A DNA stretch of 64,000 nt from an uncultured Planctomycetaceae bacterium (GCA_963833985.1 CAWIAD010000002.1:704001-768000), one strand, 5' to 3'. Shown: positions 21,130-33,035, numbered from the stretch's first letter. Program-made: numbers and translations. The notes: generated from the letters alone by a model not told the origin.

Positions 21130-22690
21130 TCATGCGGTGGTCCTGCCTCGATACTTCTTCCAGTCGAGGCCCAGCTTGCGCATGCGCGATCGTAGAGTGT
21201 GGGGGTTGATGGCCAGTAGTGCCGCGGCGCCGTCGGGACCTTCGATGAGGCCCCGGGTACGCGCCAGTGCCGACTCAATGTGCCGCGCCATCGCTTGATC
21301 GAGCGTGGCGAGCGCGGGCTCGCCGCCGGGAGTCTCACGCCGGGGCGAGGGGGACGCCACGGTGAGCCGGCCCGAGGACCCCAGCGCCCGCGCGATCTCC
21401 AGCCCCTTTCCTTCCCCCAGGATGGCCGCTCGTTCAATGACGGCCGCGAGCTCCCGGACGTTCCCCGGCCAGGGGTAATCCACCAGCAGGCCGATATCCT
21501 CCGCCGTGGGCGCAAGCTGGGGCAGGCCGAGCCGCTTGGTGGCCCTGAGCGTGAAGTAGGCCGCGAGCGCGGGAATGTCGGAGAGCCGCTCACGCAAGGG
21601 CGGAAGGTAAACGGGGAAGACGGCCAGGCGGTACCAGAGGTCCTGGCGGAACGAGCCGTCGGCGACCATGAGCTCCAGGTCCCGGTGGGTCGCGGCGACA
21701 ATTCGCACGTCCACGTGCCGGGGCCGTTCTCCCCCGACGCGCTCGTACTGGCCGTCCTGGAGGATCCGCAGCAGCCGGACCTGGGCCGCCGGCGGCAGCT
21801 CGCCACATTCATCCAGGAACAATGTCCCGCCATCGGCACGCTCGAACCAGCCCTTCCGGTCCCCCACCGCGCCGGTGAAGCTGCCGCGCTCGTGACCGAA
21901 GAGCTCGGAATCCACCAGCTCCGAGGGAATGGCACCGCAATTGACCCGCAAGAACGGGCCGGCCGACCGCCGTGAGCGCGAGTGGATGGCCCGGGCGACC
22001 ACCTCCTTGCCGGAGCCGGTCTCTCCCAGGATCAAGACCGGGGCGTCCGATGGAGCCACAAGTGCGATGTGCTCCATCACCTCCTTGAGCCCCGTCTCGG
22101 CTCCGATCACCGAGTCCGTGATGTCATGCCGGCCCAGCCGGGAGAGCAGTGAGCGGTTGTCGGCCTCGACCGCCTCGCGCAGCGACATCAGCTCGCGGAC
22201 GCGATGATCGTTCTCGAGTGCCACCGTGAACGGATCGATGAGCTCCCGCGCCAGGTTGTCGTGCTCCGCGGTGAACGAATGCGGGGCGCCGGCGCAGCAC
22301 CAGCACTCCCAGCATGTTCTCGTGGCCGGAAAGCGGCGCCGCCAGGAACTCGCCGGCCAGCCCCGCAGGCAGAAGTCCCGGAAATCGCTTCTGGAGCGCG
22401 CGCACCGTTCCCTGGAGGATCTCGCCAGCGCGGCACCAGGCGACGATCCGATCAAGGTCCTGCGGGCTGCAAACCGTCCTGGCCCACCCTTGCTTTTCCG
22501 CCCTTGGCGCCAGCACCGCGGCAACAGTCTCCAGCGCCACGGCGGACAGGTCGACGCGGCGGACCAGCAGTAGCTCCAGCGGCAGGTGCGGGCTGAGCAA
22601 GGGCACCACCCGCGTGGCCAGTTCGTCAATCAGAATATGACGTGAGACTTCACGCCATACGTTCAACAGGGCTGATGGCGATTGATCCAC
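21130..22690 (-). CDS. Sigma-54-dependent transcriptional activator (GAF-like N-terminus, AAA+, HTH); frameshift near 22290
   Basis: [36 protein letters not shown]-terminal GAAALLAINPHTLRSRM. Confidence 0.9.
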
Positions 22691-22705
22691 GGAAGGCCCC
22701 CGGAA

Positions 22706-22763
22706 CCATGAAATATCATGGCTTGTACCAGGAAATATCACAGATGCCTGTGATATACCACGG
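22706..22763. promoter_or_regulatory. Three tandem 16 bp imperfect palindromes, candidate enhancer (UAS) sites
   Basis: CCATGAAATATCATGG (22706), CCAGGAAATATCACAG (22728), CTGTGATATACCACGG (22748). Confidence 0.65.
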
Positions 22764-22880
22764 TCCGCTCCTGGCGGTCCAGAGCACCTCTGGAAAAAAC
22801 AGAACAGAATGATACCCGCGGGATTCATTTGCCAGAAAAAGTGCGCTGTCGCCCCGGCGGAATCACCATCGCGGGGGAGC

Positions 22881-22896
22881 CGGCACGCGCCTTGCT
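22881..22896 (+). promoter_or_regulatory. Sigma-54 (-24/-12) promoter
   Basis: CGGCACGCGCCTTGCT matches TGGCACG-N4-TTGCW with exact GG-N10-GC spacing; divergent from a sigma-54 activator gene. Confidence 0.8.
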
Positions 22897-23269
22897 TTTA
22901 GACAGTTTCGTCGCAAGACAAGCCTCGGAGTCGTTGCTCTTCCTTCCTGTTCGCAGGAGCGGGAGAGCCTTCGCTTGCTTGTTCTGATCTTGTGGACCGA
23001 GCTTGTCTGGACTCGCACTCCGGAAGTGCGAGCCGATCCGTTCCCGTCGAACTCACCTTGTGTACGCCTCATGGTTGAGCGGGCTTCCGGAAACGGGTGC
23101 CCGCTCAGATCGTCTCCGGGGCATGAGACTGCTGTGCCCGCTGCGCCGCGGATCGCGGTGCGGTGGGAGTCGAGACACGTTTCCACAGGAGGTCAGGTCT
23201 GTGAACCGCCAGTCTTCCCAGCTTAGCGCAGAGGCCCTCGGGTTTCCGAGGGTCCTCGGAGGGTACCCG

Positions 23270-24340
23270 ATGCACCGTCGTCCTCAGTCACGTGGTTTCA
23301 CGCTCATCGAGCTGCTGGTCGTCATCGCCATCATCGCGGTGCTGATCTCGCTGCTCTTGCCGGCCGTGCAGTCGGCCCGTGAGGCCGCCCGCCGTGCCCA
23401 GTGCACCAACAACCTCAAGCAGGTGGGCCTGGCGCTGCACAATTACGAGAGCTCCAACAACGTGTTTCCTCCGGCCTGCAAGTCGATCAATCTGCAAACA
23501 TCTCCCCCCTCGCTGATGTTTCCGGATACCGGCTTCAGCGTCCAGGCGCGGGTGCTCAGCTATATCGAAGGCGGCTCGATTTACAACGCGCTCAATTTCA
23601 ACTACGAGTACAACGACGCCAGCGGCGGCAACTTCACGGGGGCCTCGTCGGCCCTGAGCATCTACATCTGCCCGTCTTCCCCGCGGCCTGGCACACGTGA
23701 TACCGCCCCGGCCGACCCCAACGCTTCGGCCTTCGAGCAGGCTCAGGCCACCGGCTACGGCTACATGGATTATGCTCCGTCGGTCTACACCGACATCAAC
23801 GTCCAGAACGGTGCCCTGGCGATCGGCGGCCTGGGCGCCACGCCGATCGTGCCGTATCGCAACAAGCTGGTCGCGGCCAAGGGCCTGCTGAAGGATGCCA
23901 AGACCAGTATCAGCGAGGTCGTTGACGGACTGAGCAACACGATCGCCGTCATCGAGTGCGCCGGCCGCGACGAGCGTTTCGTCAGCCAGTACTTCGAAGG
24001 CCAGTACCCCGTCGTCCGGGGCCAGGGCCCCGCGGGGGGCCCGACCGCCCGGCACCGGTTCTGGAGATGGGCCGACCCGGGCTGCGCATTTGGCACATCC
24101 GGTCAGCCCAATAACAAGGGCGTGCCGACGAACGAGGGCGTGCTCTGGCCAACGACGACCGCGACGGCCGGCAACCAGGCGGGTGCCAACGAGGAGCCCT
24201 ACTCGTATCACGCCGGCGGCGTGAACGCCCTCTTTGGCGACGGATCGGTCCGGTTCGTCAAGGATTCCGTCAGCCTGGCCGCATTTCGCTCAATCCTCAC
24301 GCTGGCCGGCAACGAGACGGTCTCCGCAGACCAGTATTGA
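23270..24340 (+). CDS. DUF1559 family prepilin-type protein (alternative GTG start at 23201)
   Basis: [16 protein letters not shown]...; [16 protein letters not shown]. Confidence 0.95.
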   Translation: MHRRPQSRGFTLIELLVVIAIIAVLISLLLPAVQSAREAARRAQCTNNLKQVGLALHNYESSNNVFPPACKSINLQTSPPSLMFPDTGFSVQARVLSYIEGGSIYNALNFNYEYNDASGGNFTGASSALSIYICPSSPRPGTRDTAPADPNASAFEQAQATGYGYMDYAPSVYTDINVQNGALAIGGLGATPIVPYRNKLVAAKGLLKDAKTSISEVVDGLSNTIAVIECAGRDERFVSQYFEGQYPVVRGQGPAGGPTARHRFWRWADPGCAFGTSGQPNNKGVPTNEGVLWPTTTATAGNQAGANEEPYSYHAGGVNALFGDGSVRFVKDSVSLAAFRSILTLAGNETVSADQY

Positions 24341-24382
24341 ATTCCCCTCCGGCCTTCAGGCATTGACAGGGAGAAGTGGTCG

Positions 24383-24841
24383 ATGAGCCGTTCCATGGTT
24401 TCCGCGGTACGCAGATCTCTCCACCGTTGCCGGATGAGCGCCCTGGCCGTTGCGGTCGGGGTGGCTCTGGCCGGCTGCCAGAATTCCAATTCGCTGCCGT
24501 CCTTGCGAGTCTACGAGGTGAAGGGCAAGGTCTTGCTCGCCAGTGGCAAGCCCCTGAGCTCGGGCTGGATCTACTTTGTACCCAAGGGCGACCTGCCGCT
24601 CACCCCCAGCGCCCGGATCCAGCCGGACGGCACGTTCTCGCTGGAGACGGGCGGGTCGGGCGCGGGCGCTCCACCCGGCGATTACAAGGTCCGCGTGGAA
24701 ACGCCCCAACTCCCACCGGCCAGTCCCAGATCCAGGTCGAAACCTCTCGTCCCCATCAAGTACACCGACGAGGACTCCTCCGGCCTGGTGGTCACGGTCC
24801 AGGCGGGAAGCAATCAGATCGATCCCATTATTCTTAAATGA
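24383..24841 (+). CDS. Lipoprotein with carboxypeptidase-regulatory-like beta fold
   Basis: Lipobox LAGC; VKGKV, DGTFSL, GAPPGDYKVRV, PIKY...SGLVVTV; typical DUF1559 partner. Confidence 0.8.
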   Translation: MSRSMVSAVRRSLHRCRMSALAVAVGVALAGCQNSNSLPSLRVYEVKGKVLLASGKPLSSGWIYFVPKGDLPLTPSARIQPDGTFSLETGGSGAGAPPGDYKVRVETPQLPPASPRSRSKPLVPIKYTDEDSSGLVVTVQAGSNQIDPIILK

Positions 24842-24853
24842 TAGGAAAACGCT

Positions 24854-25944
24854 TTGCAGCTCCTCAATCGGCTCAAGACGTCGCGGACACAGCCTGGCCC
24901 AAGGTACGGCCGCTTGTTTCAGCTCGTCGCCGGCTCGGTCCTGTGCAGCCTCGCGGCGGGCTGCGGGGCCGCGGCCGGCACCGCCTCGGACACCCTCAAG
25001 CTGGGTGCCTACTCGGTGGTTCGCGAGGTGTTCCATGAAGGCCTGATCCCCGCCTTCGCGGCCCGCTGGAAGAGCAAGACCGGCCGCGACGTCCAGTTTG
25101 AGGAATCGTACTCGGGCTCCGGGCGCAGGCCCGGTCGATCGCCGCGGGCTTCGATGCCGACCTGGCGATCCTGTCGCACGAAGGCGACATGGAGCTCCCT
25201 GGTCAAGGAGGGGAAGGTCAAGGCCGACTGGAACGCCGGGCCCCATCACGGCATCCTCACCCACAGCCTGGTGGTGATCGGCCACCGGCCTGGCAATCCC
25301 AAGGGGATTCGCGGCTGGACCGACCTGGCGCGTGACGGGGTGGGCGTTCTTTACCCCGATCCCAAGACCTCCGGCGGCGCCCGCTGGAACATCAACGCGA
25401 TCTACGGCGCAGGGCTGCTTGCGGCCCGCGAGGCGAACCCCAGGGCGCCCGACCTCGCTCCCGTACGCGAGTTGCTGGGCGCATCCAGGCCAACGTGATC
25501 AACATGGACCCCTCGGGCCGCCAGAGCATGGCCAATTTCGCCGAGCGCGGGACCGGCGATGCGGTGGTCACCTACGAGAACGAGCTGCTGCTTCGCAGCA
25601 AGGAGGGTGAGCCGATCCCCTACGTCATACCCTCCGCGACCCTGCTCATCGAAAGCCCCGCGGCGCTGGTCGAGAGCGCGGTCGAGCGGCACGGCAACCG
25701 GGCACTGGCGGAAGCGTTTCTCGAGTTCCTGTATTCGAGCGATGCTCAGCAGATCCTTGCCGACTACGGGTTCCGGCCCGTCAATCCGGATGCGAAACCT
25801 TCCTCTGGCGAGCGGCAATCTCCCGCGAAGCTCTTCACCATGGCCGACCTGGGGGGTTGGGCCAGCGTCGAGGAGCGGCTCTACGGTCCCGAAGGGCTCT
25901 GGACCACGATTGCTGCCCAGCGGTCGCAGGCCGGCGGGAGATGA
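24854..25944 (+). CDS. sbp: Sulfate ABC transporter substrate-binding protein (several frameshifts)
   Basis: ESYSGSG, GNPKGIRGWTDL, PDPKTSGGARWN, GDAVVTYENE, YGFRPV found across frames. Confidence 0.85.
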
Positions 25945-26783
25945 AGGTCATGACCGCACGCGTAGCGACACGAAATCAAGCCCGCTTCGACCTGGCCCTC
26001 CGGTACACCACCCTGGCATACCTCGGGGTCATGGTCGTCCTGCCCTTACTTGCCCTCAGCGTGCAGGCCGCCCGGCCGGGATGGCGTCCATTCTGGCACG
26101 CCCTGGCAGACCCCTACGCCTGGCACGCTCTCAAGCTGACGTTCCTCACGGCCTTCGTGATGGTGCTCATCAACGCCGTGGCGGGCACCGCCACCGCCTG
26201 GGTCCTGGTGCGCTACCGTGTGCCGGGACGCAGCTTGATCAACGCTCTGATCGACCTGCCCTTCGCGGTGCCGACGGTGGTGACCGGGCTCATGCTCGTG
26301 GTGCTGTACGGTCCGTCGAGTACCATCGGCACGGTCCTGGGACGATACGGCTGGCCGGTCATCTACCATCAGCCAGGGATCGTGCTCGCCCTGCTGTTCG
26401 TCTCCTACCCGTTCGTGATCCGTAGCGTGCAGCCGGTCCTGCTGGAACTGGATCGGGCCGAGGAGGAGGCCGCGGCAACGCTGGGTGCGGGTGCCTGGAC
26501 GACGTTCCGGCGGGTCACTTTCCCTGCGCTCTGGCCGTCCATCCTCACGGGCTCGGGCCTGTCATTCAGCCGCGCGCTGGGTGAGTTCGGCAGCGTGGTC
26601 ATGGTCGCGGGCAACCATCCGCTCCTGACCAAGACCGCGCCCCTGCACATCTACGGCGAGATCGAGAGCGGCAACCGCCATGCCGCCCTGGTTGTCTCGC
26701 TGGTTCTGCTGGCGAGCTCGCTCGTGATCCTGCTCTCGCTCAACGCCCTTCAGAACCGGGGAGGGTCCGACCATGGCGACTGA
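25941..26783 (+). CDS. cysT: Sulfate ABC transporter permease CysT
   Basis: [50 protein letters not shown]. Confidence 0.9.
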   Translation: MKVMTARVATRNQARFDLALRYTTLAYLGVMVVLPLLALSVQAARPGWRPFWHALADPYAWHALKLTFLTAFVMVLINAVAGTATAWVLVRYRVPGRSLINALIDLPFAVPTVVTGLMLVVLYGPSSTIGTVLGRYGWPVIYHQPGIVLALLFVSYPFVIRSVQPVLLELDRAEEEAAATLGAGAWTTFRRVTFPALWPSILTGSGLSFSRALGEFGSVVMVAGNHPLLTKTAPLHIYGEIESGNRHAALVVSLVLLASSLVILLSLNALQNRGGSDHGD

Positions 26784-27661
26784 CCTGGGACTTGCGGTAC
26801 GGCCCGGATCGGAGCGAGCGCCGCGGGGGCTGCGTGCCGCGAGCTCCGGCTCGCTCGGCCGCCTGCTGCTGACCTACGCCGTGCTGGCCTGGTTCGCGAT
26901 CCTCATCCTGATACCGGGCCTGGCCCTGGTGCGTCAGGTCCTGCTGGGCGGTCTGAAGCCGTTCCTCTCGGCCCTGGCCCGGCCCGAGGTCCAGCGCGCC
27001 TTCGGGATGTCGCTCGGCATCACCGCCCTGGCAACGGTCGTGAATACCGTCTTCGGCATCGGGCTGGCCCTGGTGCTCACGCGGCAGCGGTTCTGGGGCC
27101 GAGCCCTGGCCGACGGCCTGGTGGATCTGCCCTTTGCGATCTCGCCGGTTGTCGCGGGACTCATGCTGATTGTCCTGTACGGGCCTGACGGCTGGCTGGG
27201 ACGCTGGTTCGAGCCGCACGGGTGGAGGGTGGTCTACGCGGTCCCCGGCATGATCCTGGCCACACTGTTCGTGACCGTGCCCTTCGTCGTCCGCGAGCTG
27301 GTGCCGGTGCTGCGCGAGCTGGGTGAGGAGTACGAGCAGGCCGCCTACACGTTGGGCGCGGGCCGCTGGCGGACGTTCTGGAGCGTCACCCTGCCGTCGA
27401 TCCGCTGGGGCGTGGCTTACGGTGTCACGCTCACGATCGCCCGCTCGCTGGGCGAATTCGGCGCGGTGCTGGTCGTGTCGGGGAACGTGATCGGGCACAC
27501 CCAGACAGCCACACTCTACATCCAGGAAGGCGTCGAGAGCTTCCATCCCGCGGGCGCCTACGCCGCCAGCCTGGTGCTGGCGGCCATCTCCTTCGTCCTG
27601 CTCGTGGGAATGGAATTCGTGGCGCAAACACCTCGAAAACACCAAGGAGTGTCGAGCATGA
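26773..27661 (+). CDS. cysW: Sulfate ABC transporter permease CysW (probable +1 indel near 27621)
   Basis: [36 protein letters not shown]; the shifted tail ends at a TGA overlapping the cysA ATG. Confidence 0.88.
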
Positions 27662-28877
27662 GCATGGTAAGCCGCCCGAGTCCCGGGTTGTCTCGCCGCA
27701 GTCCACCGGCAGCCAGTTCCATTACGGACTCGTTGCATTTTCCTTCCGCGACCCGTCCGGCACCCGCACGCAAGGAGTCTTCCGTGGGCATCGAGGTCAA
27801 GAACCTGTCCAAATGCTATGGTTCATTCCAGGCTGTGAAGGACGTTTCCTTCGAGGTCAGGGCCGGCCAGCTCGTCGCCTTGTTGGGTCCTTCGGGATCC
27901 GGCAAGAGTACGATCCTGCGGATCATTGCCGGACTCGAGCCGGCCGACGCCGGCGGCGTGGTGCTCACCGGCGAGGATGCCACCCTGCTGCCTGTGCAGG
28001 AGCGCGGGGTTGGCTTCGTGTTCCAGCATTACGCCCTCTTCCGCCACATGACCGTGCGCGAGAATATCGCCTTCGGACTCAAGGTCCGCAAGCTTCCCCG
28101 GGCGGAGATCAAAACGCGCGTGAACGAGCTGCTGGAACTGGTGCAGCTTGGCGGCTATGCCGGGCGTTATCCATCGCAGCTCTCGGGAGGGCAAAGACAG
28201 CGTGTCGCCCTGGCGCGGTGCTCGCGCCCAGGCCAAAAGTGCTGCTGCTGGACGAACCCTTTGGCGCCCTCGACGCCAAGGTTCGCGACGAGCTGCGCTC
28301 CTGGCTGAGAAAGCTGCACGACGAGGTCCACGTCACCAGCCTGTTCGTCACCCACGATCAGCGCGAGGCGTTCGAGGTGGCCGACCAGATCGTCGTCCTG
28401 AACGAGGGGAAAGTGCAGCAGGTCGGGCCGCCCCAGCAGCTTTACATCCGGCCGGCCAGCCCCTTCGTGGCCCGGTTCCTGGGCCAGGTGAACATTTTAC
28501 CTCTGAAGACGATCCAGGCGGGCTCCGCGACCGCGGTGACCTTCCCGGAATCGCTCACCGAACTTGCTCCATCATCGGACGCCCAGATCTTCGTGCGTCC
28601 GCACGATATGGATGTCCACCGCGTGCGTAACGGCCACCCCTGCTGGGCCGCCCGGGTCGAGCGGCTGACGCCCCTGGGAGGCGCCGTGCGGCTGGAGCTG
28701 TCCATCGACCGTGAGCACCGGCTTCAACTGGAGCTCAGCAGCGACCCGGGTGGAGATCTCGACTTCTCCCCCGGCGAGACGGTCTATGTCACCCCCCGGC
28801 ACATGAACCTGTATCATGCCGAGAAGAACACCTTCCATGCCGTCGCATTCCAGCGCCCCAGCGAGGCCAGTGCCTGA
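27658..28877 (+). CDS. cysA: Sulfate ABC transporter ATP-binding protein CysA (frameshift near 28215)
   Basis: [49 protein letters not shown]-like tail. Confidence 0.9.
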
Positions 28878-28996
28878 CTGCGCAGACGGTCCGCGCCTGT
28901 GGAGCCGGGGGACTTGTGCCCGCAAGCAGACAGCGGTAAGCATGGAAGTGCAAGCGGTATCGACTGCACTCCGAGAAATGCCGTTTGAGCTTACCG

Positions 28997-29254
28997 ATGC
29001 AATACTGGCGGAGAAACGTTTCAATCGGTCGCGCGATGATCGTGATCGCCGTGTTCGCTCTGGCGCTCACAGTCGCTCCCGCCGGGCACCGGTACCTTGC
29101 CCTCCTGCCATGGCTCGCCGGTCTACCGGCCCTTTTCCTGCGCGGGCGATCTGAGTTCCTGGTGGTGATGGGGATCGTCGCGGTCCTCGGGCTGGAACTC
29201 GGGCTGGCGGTCGTGTCGTCTCATTGTCCGGCTCTTCCGCGACCCGGTTATTGA
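28997..29254 (+). CDS. Small hypothetical membrane protein
   Basis: Two to three hydrophobic segments after SIGRAMIVIA. Confidence 0.5.
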   Translation: MQYWRRNVSIGRAMIVIAVFALALTVAPAGHRYLALLPWLAGLPALFLRGRSEFLVVMGIVAVLGLELGLAVVSSHCPALPRPGY

Positions 29255-29497
29255 GGGCGACTCGTGCTTCGCCGATTCGCCGATGCCTGGACCAATCGCC
29301 TGGAGCGCGACGGCGACCTTGCCGCCTGCGCAAAAACGTCCAGATGGACCAATTCGCCGAGCATCTTGCCAACCAGATGATACAATCTCTGGTGACGTTT
29401 CCTCTCGCCCGGGCGTTGTGCTGCCTTCGAGAGACGACCAATCGATCAGGGCGAGAGATCCGCGCCGGAACACGTTCAGCCATCGAGTCGAGGCACC

Positions 29498-30022
29498 ATG
29501 TTCTCGGGTTCCCCCCAGCCGCCGGCGGCCGATCGCGCATCGGGCCGCGCAGAGAATCCCGTCATCCAGCTTGTCGGTTTCCGGCTGGATAACGAGGATT
29601 ACGCGATTGCCATCACCAAGATTCAGGAAATCATCCTGATCAAGCCGATCACGCGCATTCCCCAGATGCCCGACTTCATCGAAGGGCTCATCAACCTGCG
29701 CGGGTCGGTTATCCCGATCATCAATCTGAGGAAGCGGTTCGGGCTCTTGCCGCGGGACCTCGACGACGACACGCGGATCATCGTGGTCAACGTGCACGAC
29801 AAGACGGTGGGCTGCATCGTCGACGCGGTCACGCAGGTCATGAGGATCAATCGCGATCAGGTCCAGCCGCCTCCCCTCGGTGTCCTGGCCGTGAATCACC
29901 AGTACCTGGCGGGGCTGGCAAAGCTTGAAGAGCGGCTGCTGATTATCCTGGACATCGACAAGCTGTTCGAGGCCGAGGCGCTTGCCTTGCCCGTCTCCGC
30001 AACCTCCGCGGCGTCGGCCTGA
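29498..30022 (+). CDS. cheW: Chemotaxis coupling protein CheW
   Basis: [40 protein letters not shown]. Confidence 0.95.
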   Translation: MFSGSPQPPAADRASGRAENPVIQLVGFRLDNEDYAIAITKIQEIILIKPITRIPQMPDFIEGLINLRGSVIPIINLRKRFGLLPRDLDDDTRIIVVNVHDKTVGCIVDAVTQVMRINRDQVQPPPLGVLAVNHQYLAGLAKLEERLLIILDIDKLFEAEALALPVSATSAASA

Positions 30023-30128
30023 CGGCGTACGGCCCTGCATGCCGGCCGTACTGGTTCTTCTCGATCTGCCGCGCGGTCCCAGCAAGACAACGTTCGACAT
30101 CTCACCCTCTGGCAGGCTCAGCACGACC

Positions 30129-32669
30129 ATGGAACCCGAAGCTCCGAAGTCCGCTCACGACCCCGCTGCCGGCTCCGATTCCGACCGTCCGGCAATCCCC
30201 GGTCCTGCCGCGCAGGCCCCCCGTCCTACGGCCCAGCGCAGACCGCCGTCGGCGCCGCGGGTGCGCAAGGTCACCCAGGCAATGGGACCCACCGCGATGG
30301 GCGGCTCGGGCTCCGCCGTCCTGCTGGATGGCGCCTGCGCTGGCGAGTCGCAACTGCACGACGCCACAGCCAACAGCCGCGCGCTCATCGAGGCGACCGC
30401 CGCCATCATCCGGGCCGCCACGATCGACGAGGTCGTCCGCGGCACGCTCGATGCCATCCGCAAGTCATATGGCTGGGTCTACGCCTCGTACTGGTCCGTG
30501 GACCCCGCGGAACATGCCCTGGTCTTCACGCTCGAATCGGGCCGCGTGGACGACGAGTTCCAGCGGCATACCCGCACGGCTCGGTTTCGGGAGGGCGAGG
30601 GCCTCAACGGCCGGGCCTGGCGACAGCGCGACCTGTTCCACGTGGAGGACCTCAGCCAGCTTCGTGATTGCAGCCGCGCGCCGCTGGCCAGCAAGGCCGG
30701 GGTTCGCTCCGGGATCGCCCTGCCAATCCTCAGAGACGGCCAGGTGATCGGCACGATGGATTTCTTCGCTGTCGATGCCGTGGAGGTCAGCCCGGAGCGG
30801 CTCGATGCGCTGCGGACGATCGGGCAGCTTGCCTCGGACAAGATCGCCAACCTGGGAAGGCAAGTCGAGCTGACCCGGATCATGCAGATGGTCGAGAATG
30901 CACCGGTGAACATGATGTGCGCGGATCTCGACATGCGGATTCAGTACATGAACCCGCATGCCACCAAGACGCTCAAGAAGCTGGAAGCCCACCTGCCGAT
31001 GAAGGTGGACCAGATGCTGGGCCAGACGATCGACATGTTCCACAGGCAGCCCGAGCATCAGCGGAGGCTGCTGGGCGACACGCGGAACCTGCCGCGCAAG
31101 GCGACCATACACGTCGGACCCGAGGTGTTCGAACTCTCCGTCAGCGCCATGGTCGACCAGCAGAGCCGCTACATCGGCCCGATGATCACCTGGGAAGTGG
31201 TGACCGAGCAGATCGAGGCAAAAGTGCGCGAGGAGGAGCTCATCGCCAACACGACGGCGGTGAACCAGCTACTCATGGCCCTGGGCCGCGCCCGCACGAT
31301 GCGTGACGTGGTCACTGCCGCACTGGGCTCGGTTCGCGAGGCGTTCAACTGGACGTACGGGTCATACTGGGAGATCCAGCCCGAGGAGCAGGCGCTGCGG
31401 TTCGCGCAAGATTCCGGCTCGGTGAGCGAGGATTTCCGCCGTGTCACCGCCGAGGCCCGGTTCCGCGAGGGCGAGGGTCTCAACGGCCAGGCCTGGCAGA
31501 CGCGCGATCTGGTCTTCGTGCCGGACCTGGGCGAGATGAAGACCTGCTCGCGGGCGCCGGTGGCCAAGCGGAGCGGTCTGAAATCGGGGGTCTGCTTCCC
31601 CATCTTGCTGGGCGGCAAGCTCATCGGCACCATGGATTACTTCACCGAAGAGCGGATCAACCCCTCGGCCAACCGCCTGGACGCCCTGCGCAATGTGGGA
31701 CGCCTCGTCTCCAACGCCCTGGAAAAGGTGGACCAGCAGGCGCGCATCGACCAGGCCAAGAAGGACCTGGAAGCGAAGGTCAATCAGCTCATGAACGTGG
31801 CCCGGTCGGCGGCCGGGGGCGACCTCACCGTCGAGGTCGCGGTGCGCGGCGAGGACGACATGGGGCGGCTGGGCGAGGCCCTCTCGACGATGATCCGCGA
31901 CCTCAAGAACGTGATCGGCCAGATCATGGAATCAGCCAGCCAGTTCACCGAGGGCTCGCGCGTGGTGGCCGAGAGCGCCAGCTATCTTTCGGAATCCGCG
32001 CAGAACCAGGCGGCCACGGTCGAGGAGATGTCGGCGTCGATCCAGCAGCTCTCACACGCGATCGTCGAGATCAACCACAACGCCGATGCGGCCACCTCGC
32101 TGGCCGAGAAGACGTCGCACCTCGCCAAGCAGGGGGGCGACTCGGTGGAGCAGGCCATCGAGGCCATGGTACTGATCAAGAAATCGAGCGAGCAGGTCAG
32201 CGACATCATCCAGGTGATCAGCGAGATCGCCAGCCAGACCAACCTGCTGGCCCTGAACGCAGCCATCGAGGCCGCCCGCGCCGGCGAGCACGGGCTTGGC
32301 TTCGCCGTCGTCGCCGACGAGGTGCGCAAGCTCGCCGAACGCTCCAGCGCCGCGGCGAAGGAGATCACCGCCCTCATCAAGGAATCGACGCGCCGTGTTG
32401 CCGACGGTGCCCAGCTTTCTGAAAAGGCCGGTGAATCGCTGGCGCGGATCGTTCAGGGCGTCCACGAGACGGCCGCCAGCATCACGAAGATCGCCCAGGC
32501 CACGCGCGAGCAGTCGGAGGCGTCGGCCGAGGTCAACAAGGCGATCCAGAACGTGACCAGCATCACCGAGACCAACGCATCGAGCTCCGAGGAACTCTCC
32601 GCCAGCGCCGAGGAGCTTGGCGCGCAGTCCGCGGCGCTCAAGAACGTGATCTCGGGGTTCAAGGTGTAG
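30129..32669 (+). CDS. Soluble methyl-accepting chemotaxis protein (GAF-PAS-GAF-HAMP-MA)
   Basis: [37 protein letters not shown]; two GAF repeats (GEGLNGxAW); PAS domain; no TM segment. Confidence 0.92.
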   Translation: MEPEAPKSAHDPAAGSDSDRPAIPGPAAQAPRPTAQRRPPSAPRVRKVTQAMGPTAMGGSGSAVLLDGACAGESQLHDATANSRALIEATAAIIRAATIDEVVRGTLDAIRKSYGWVYASYWSVDPAEHALVFTLESGRVDDEFQRHTRTARFREGEGLNGRAWRQRDLFHVEDLSQLRDCSRAPLASKAGVRSGIALPILRDGQVIGTMDFFAVDAVEVSPERLDALRTIGQLASDKIANLGRQVELTRIMQMVENAPVNMMCADLDMRIQYMNPHATKTLKKLEAHLPMKVDQMLGQTIDMFHRQPEHQRRLLGDTRNLPRKATIHVGPEVFELSVSAMVDQQSRYIGPMITWEVVTEQIEAKVREEELIANTTAVNQLLMALGRARTMRDVVTAALGSVREAFNWTYGSYWEIQPEEQALRFAQDSGSVSEDFRRVTAEARFREGEGLNGQAWQTRDLVFVPDLGEMKTCSRAPVAKRSGLKSGVCFPILLGGKLIGTMDYFTEERINPSANRLDALRNVGRLVSNALEKVDQQARIDQAKKDLEAKVNQLMNVARSAAGGDLTVEVAVRGEDDMGRLGEALSTMIRDLKNVIGQIMESASQFTEGSRVVAESASYLSESAQNQAATVEEMSASIQQLSHAIVEINHNADAATSLAEKTSHLAKQGGDSVEQAIEAMVLIKKSSEQVSDIIQVISEIASQTNLLALNAAIEAARAGEHGLGFAVVADEVRKLAERSSAAAKEITALIKESTRRVADGAQLSEKAGESLARIVQGVHETAASITKIAQATREQSEASAEVNKAIQNVTSITETNASSSEELSASAEELGAQSAALKNVISGFKV

Positions 32670-32700
32670 TAGGCAGGAGGCAGTCGGCAGGGGGCAAGTT

Positions 32701-32898
32701 GTAGGGTGGGTCGAGCCGCACGCGAGGCCCACCAAGGCGGCAGTCGGCAGGGGGCAGTGGGCAATTTGTAGGGTGGGTCGAGCCGCACGCGAGGCCCACC
32801 AAGGCGGCAGTCGGCAGGGGGCAGTGGGCAATTTGTAGGGTGGGTCGAGCCGCACGCGAGGCCCACCAAGGCGGCAGTCGGCAGGGGGCAGTGGGCAG
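32701..32898 (+). repeat. Three tandem 67 bp units containing a GTAG-type REP
   Basis: GTAGGGTGGGTCGAGCCGCACGCGAGGCCCACC at 32701, 32768 and 32835, joined by GGCAGNN heptamers. Confidence 0.9.
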
Positions 32899-32903
32899 TG
32901 AAG

Positions 32904-33035
32904 TGAAGCGGAAGACAGGCATTCTTGCCTGTCGAATGAAGCGGAAGACAGGCATTCTTGCCTGTCGAATGAAGCGGAAGACAGGCATTCTTGCCTGTCG
33001 AATGAAGCGGAGGACAGGCTTTCTTGCCTGTCGAA
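32904..33035 (+). repeat. Four tandem 33 bp palindromic units
   Basis: TGAAGCGGAAGACAGGCATTCTTGCCTGTCGAA at 32904, 32937, 32970 and 33003 (last copy has 2 mismatches). Confidence 0.9.

Noticed and set aside
26773..28308. Novel CysW-CysA fusion protein
   Set aside because: One extra base near 27621 explains it; the shifted frame ends in a TGA overlapping the cysA ATG (ATGA) with an AAGGAG RBS upstream.
32701..33035. CRISPR array
   Set aside because: Units are tandem with identical linkers and no unique spacers; no cas genes in the window.
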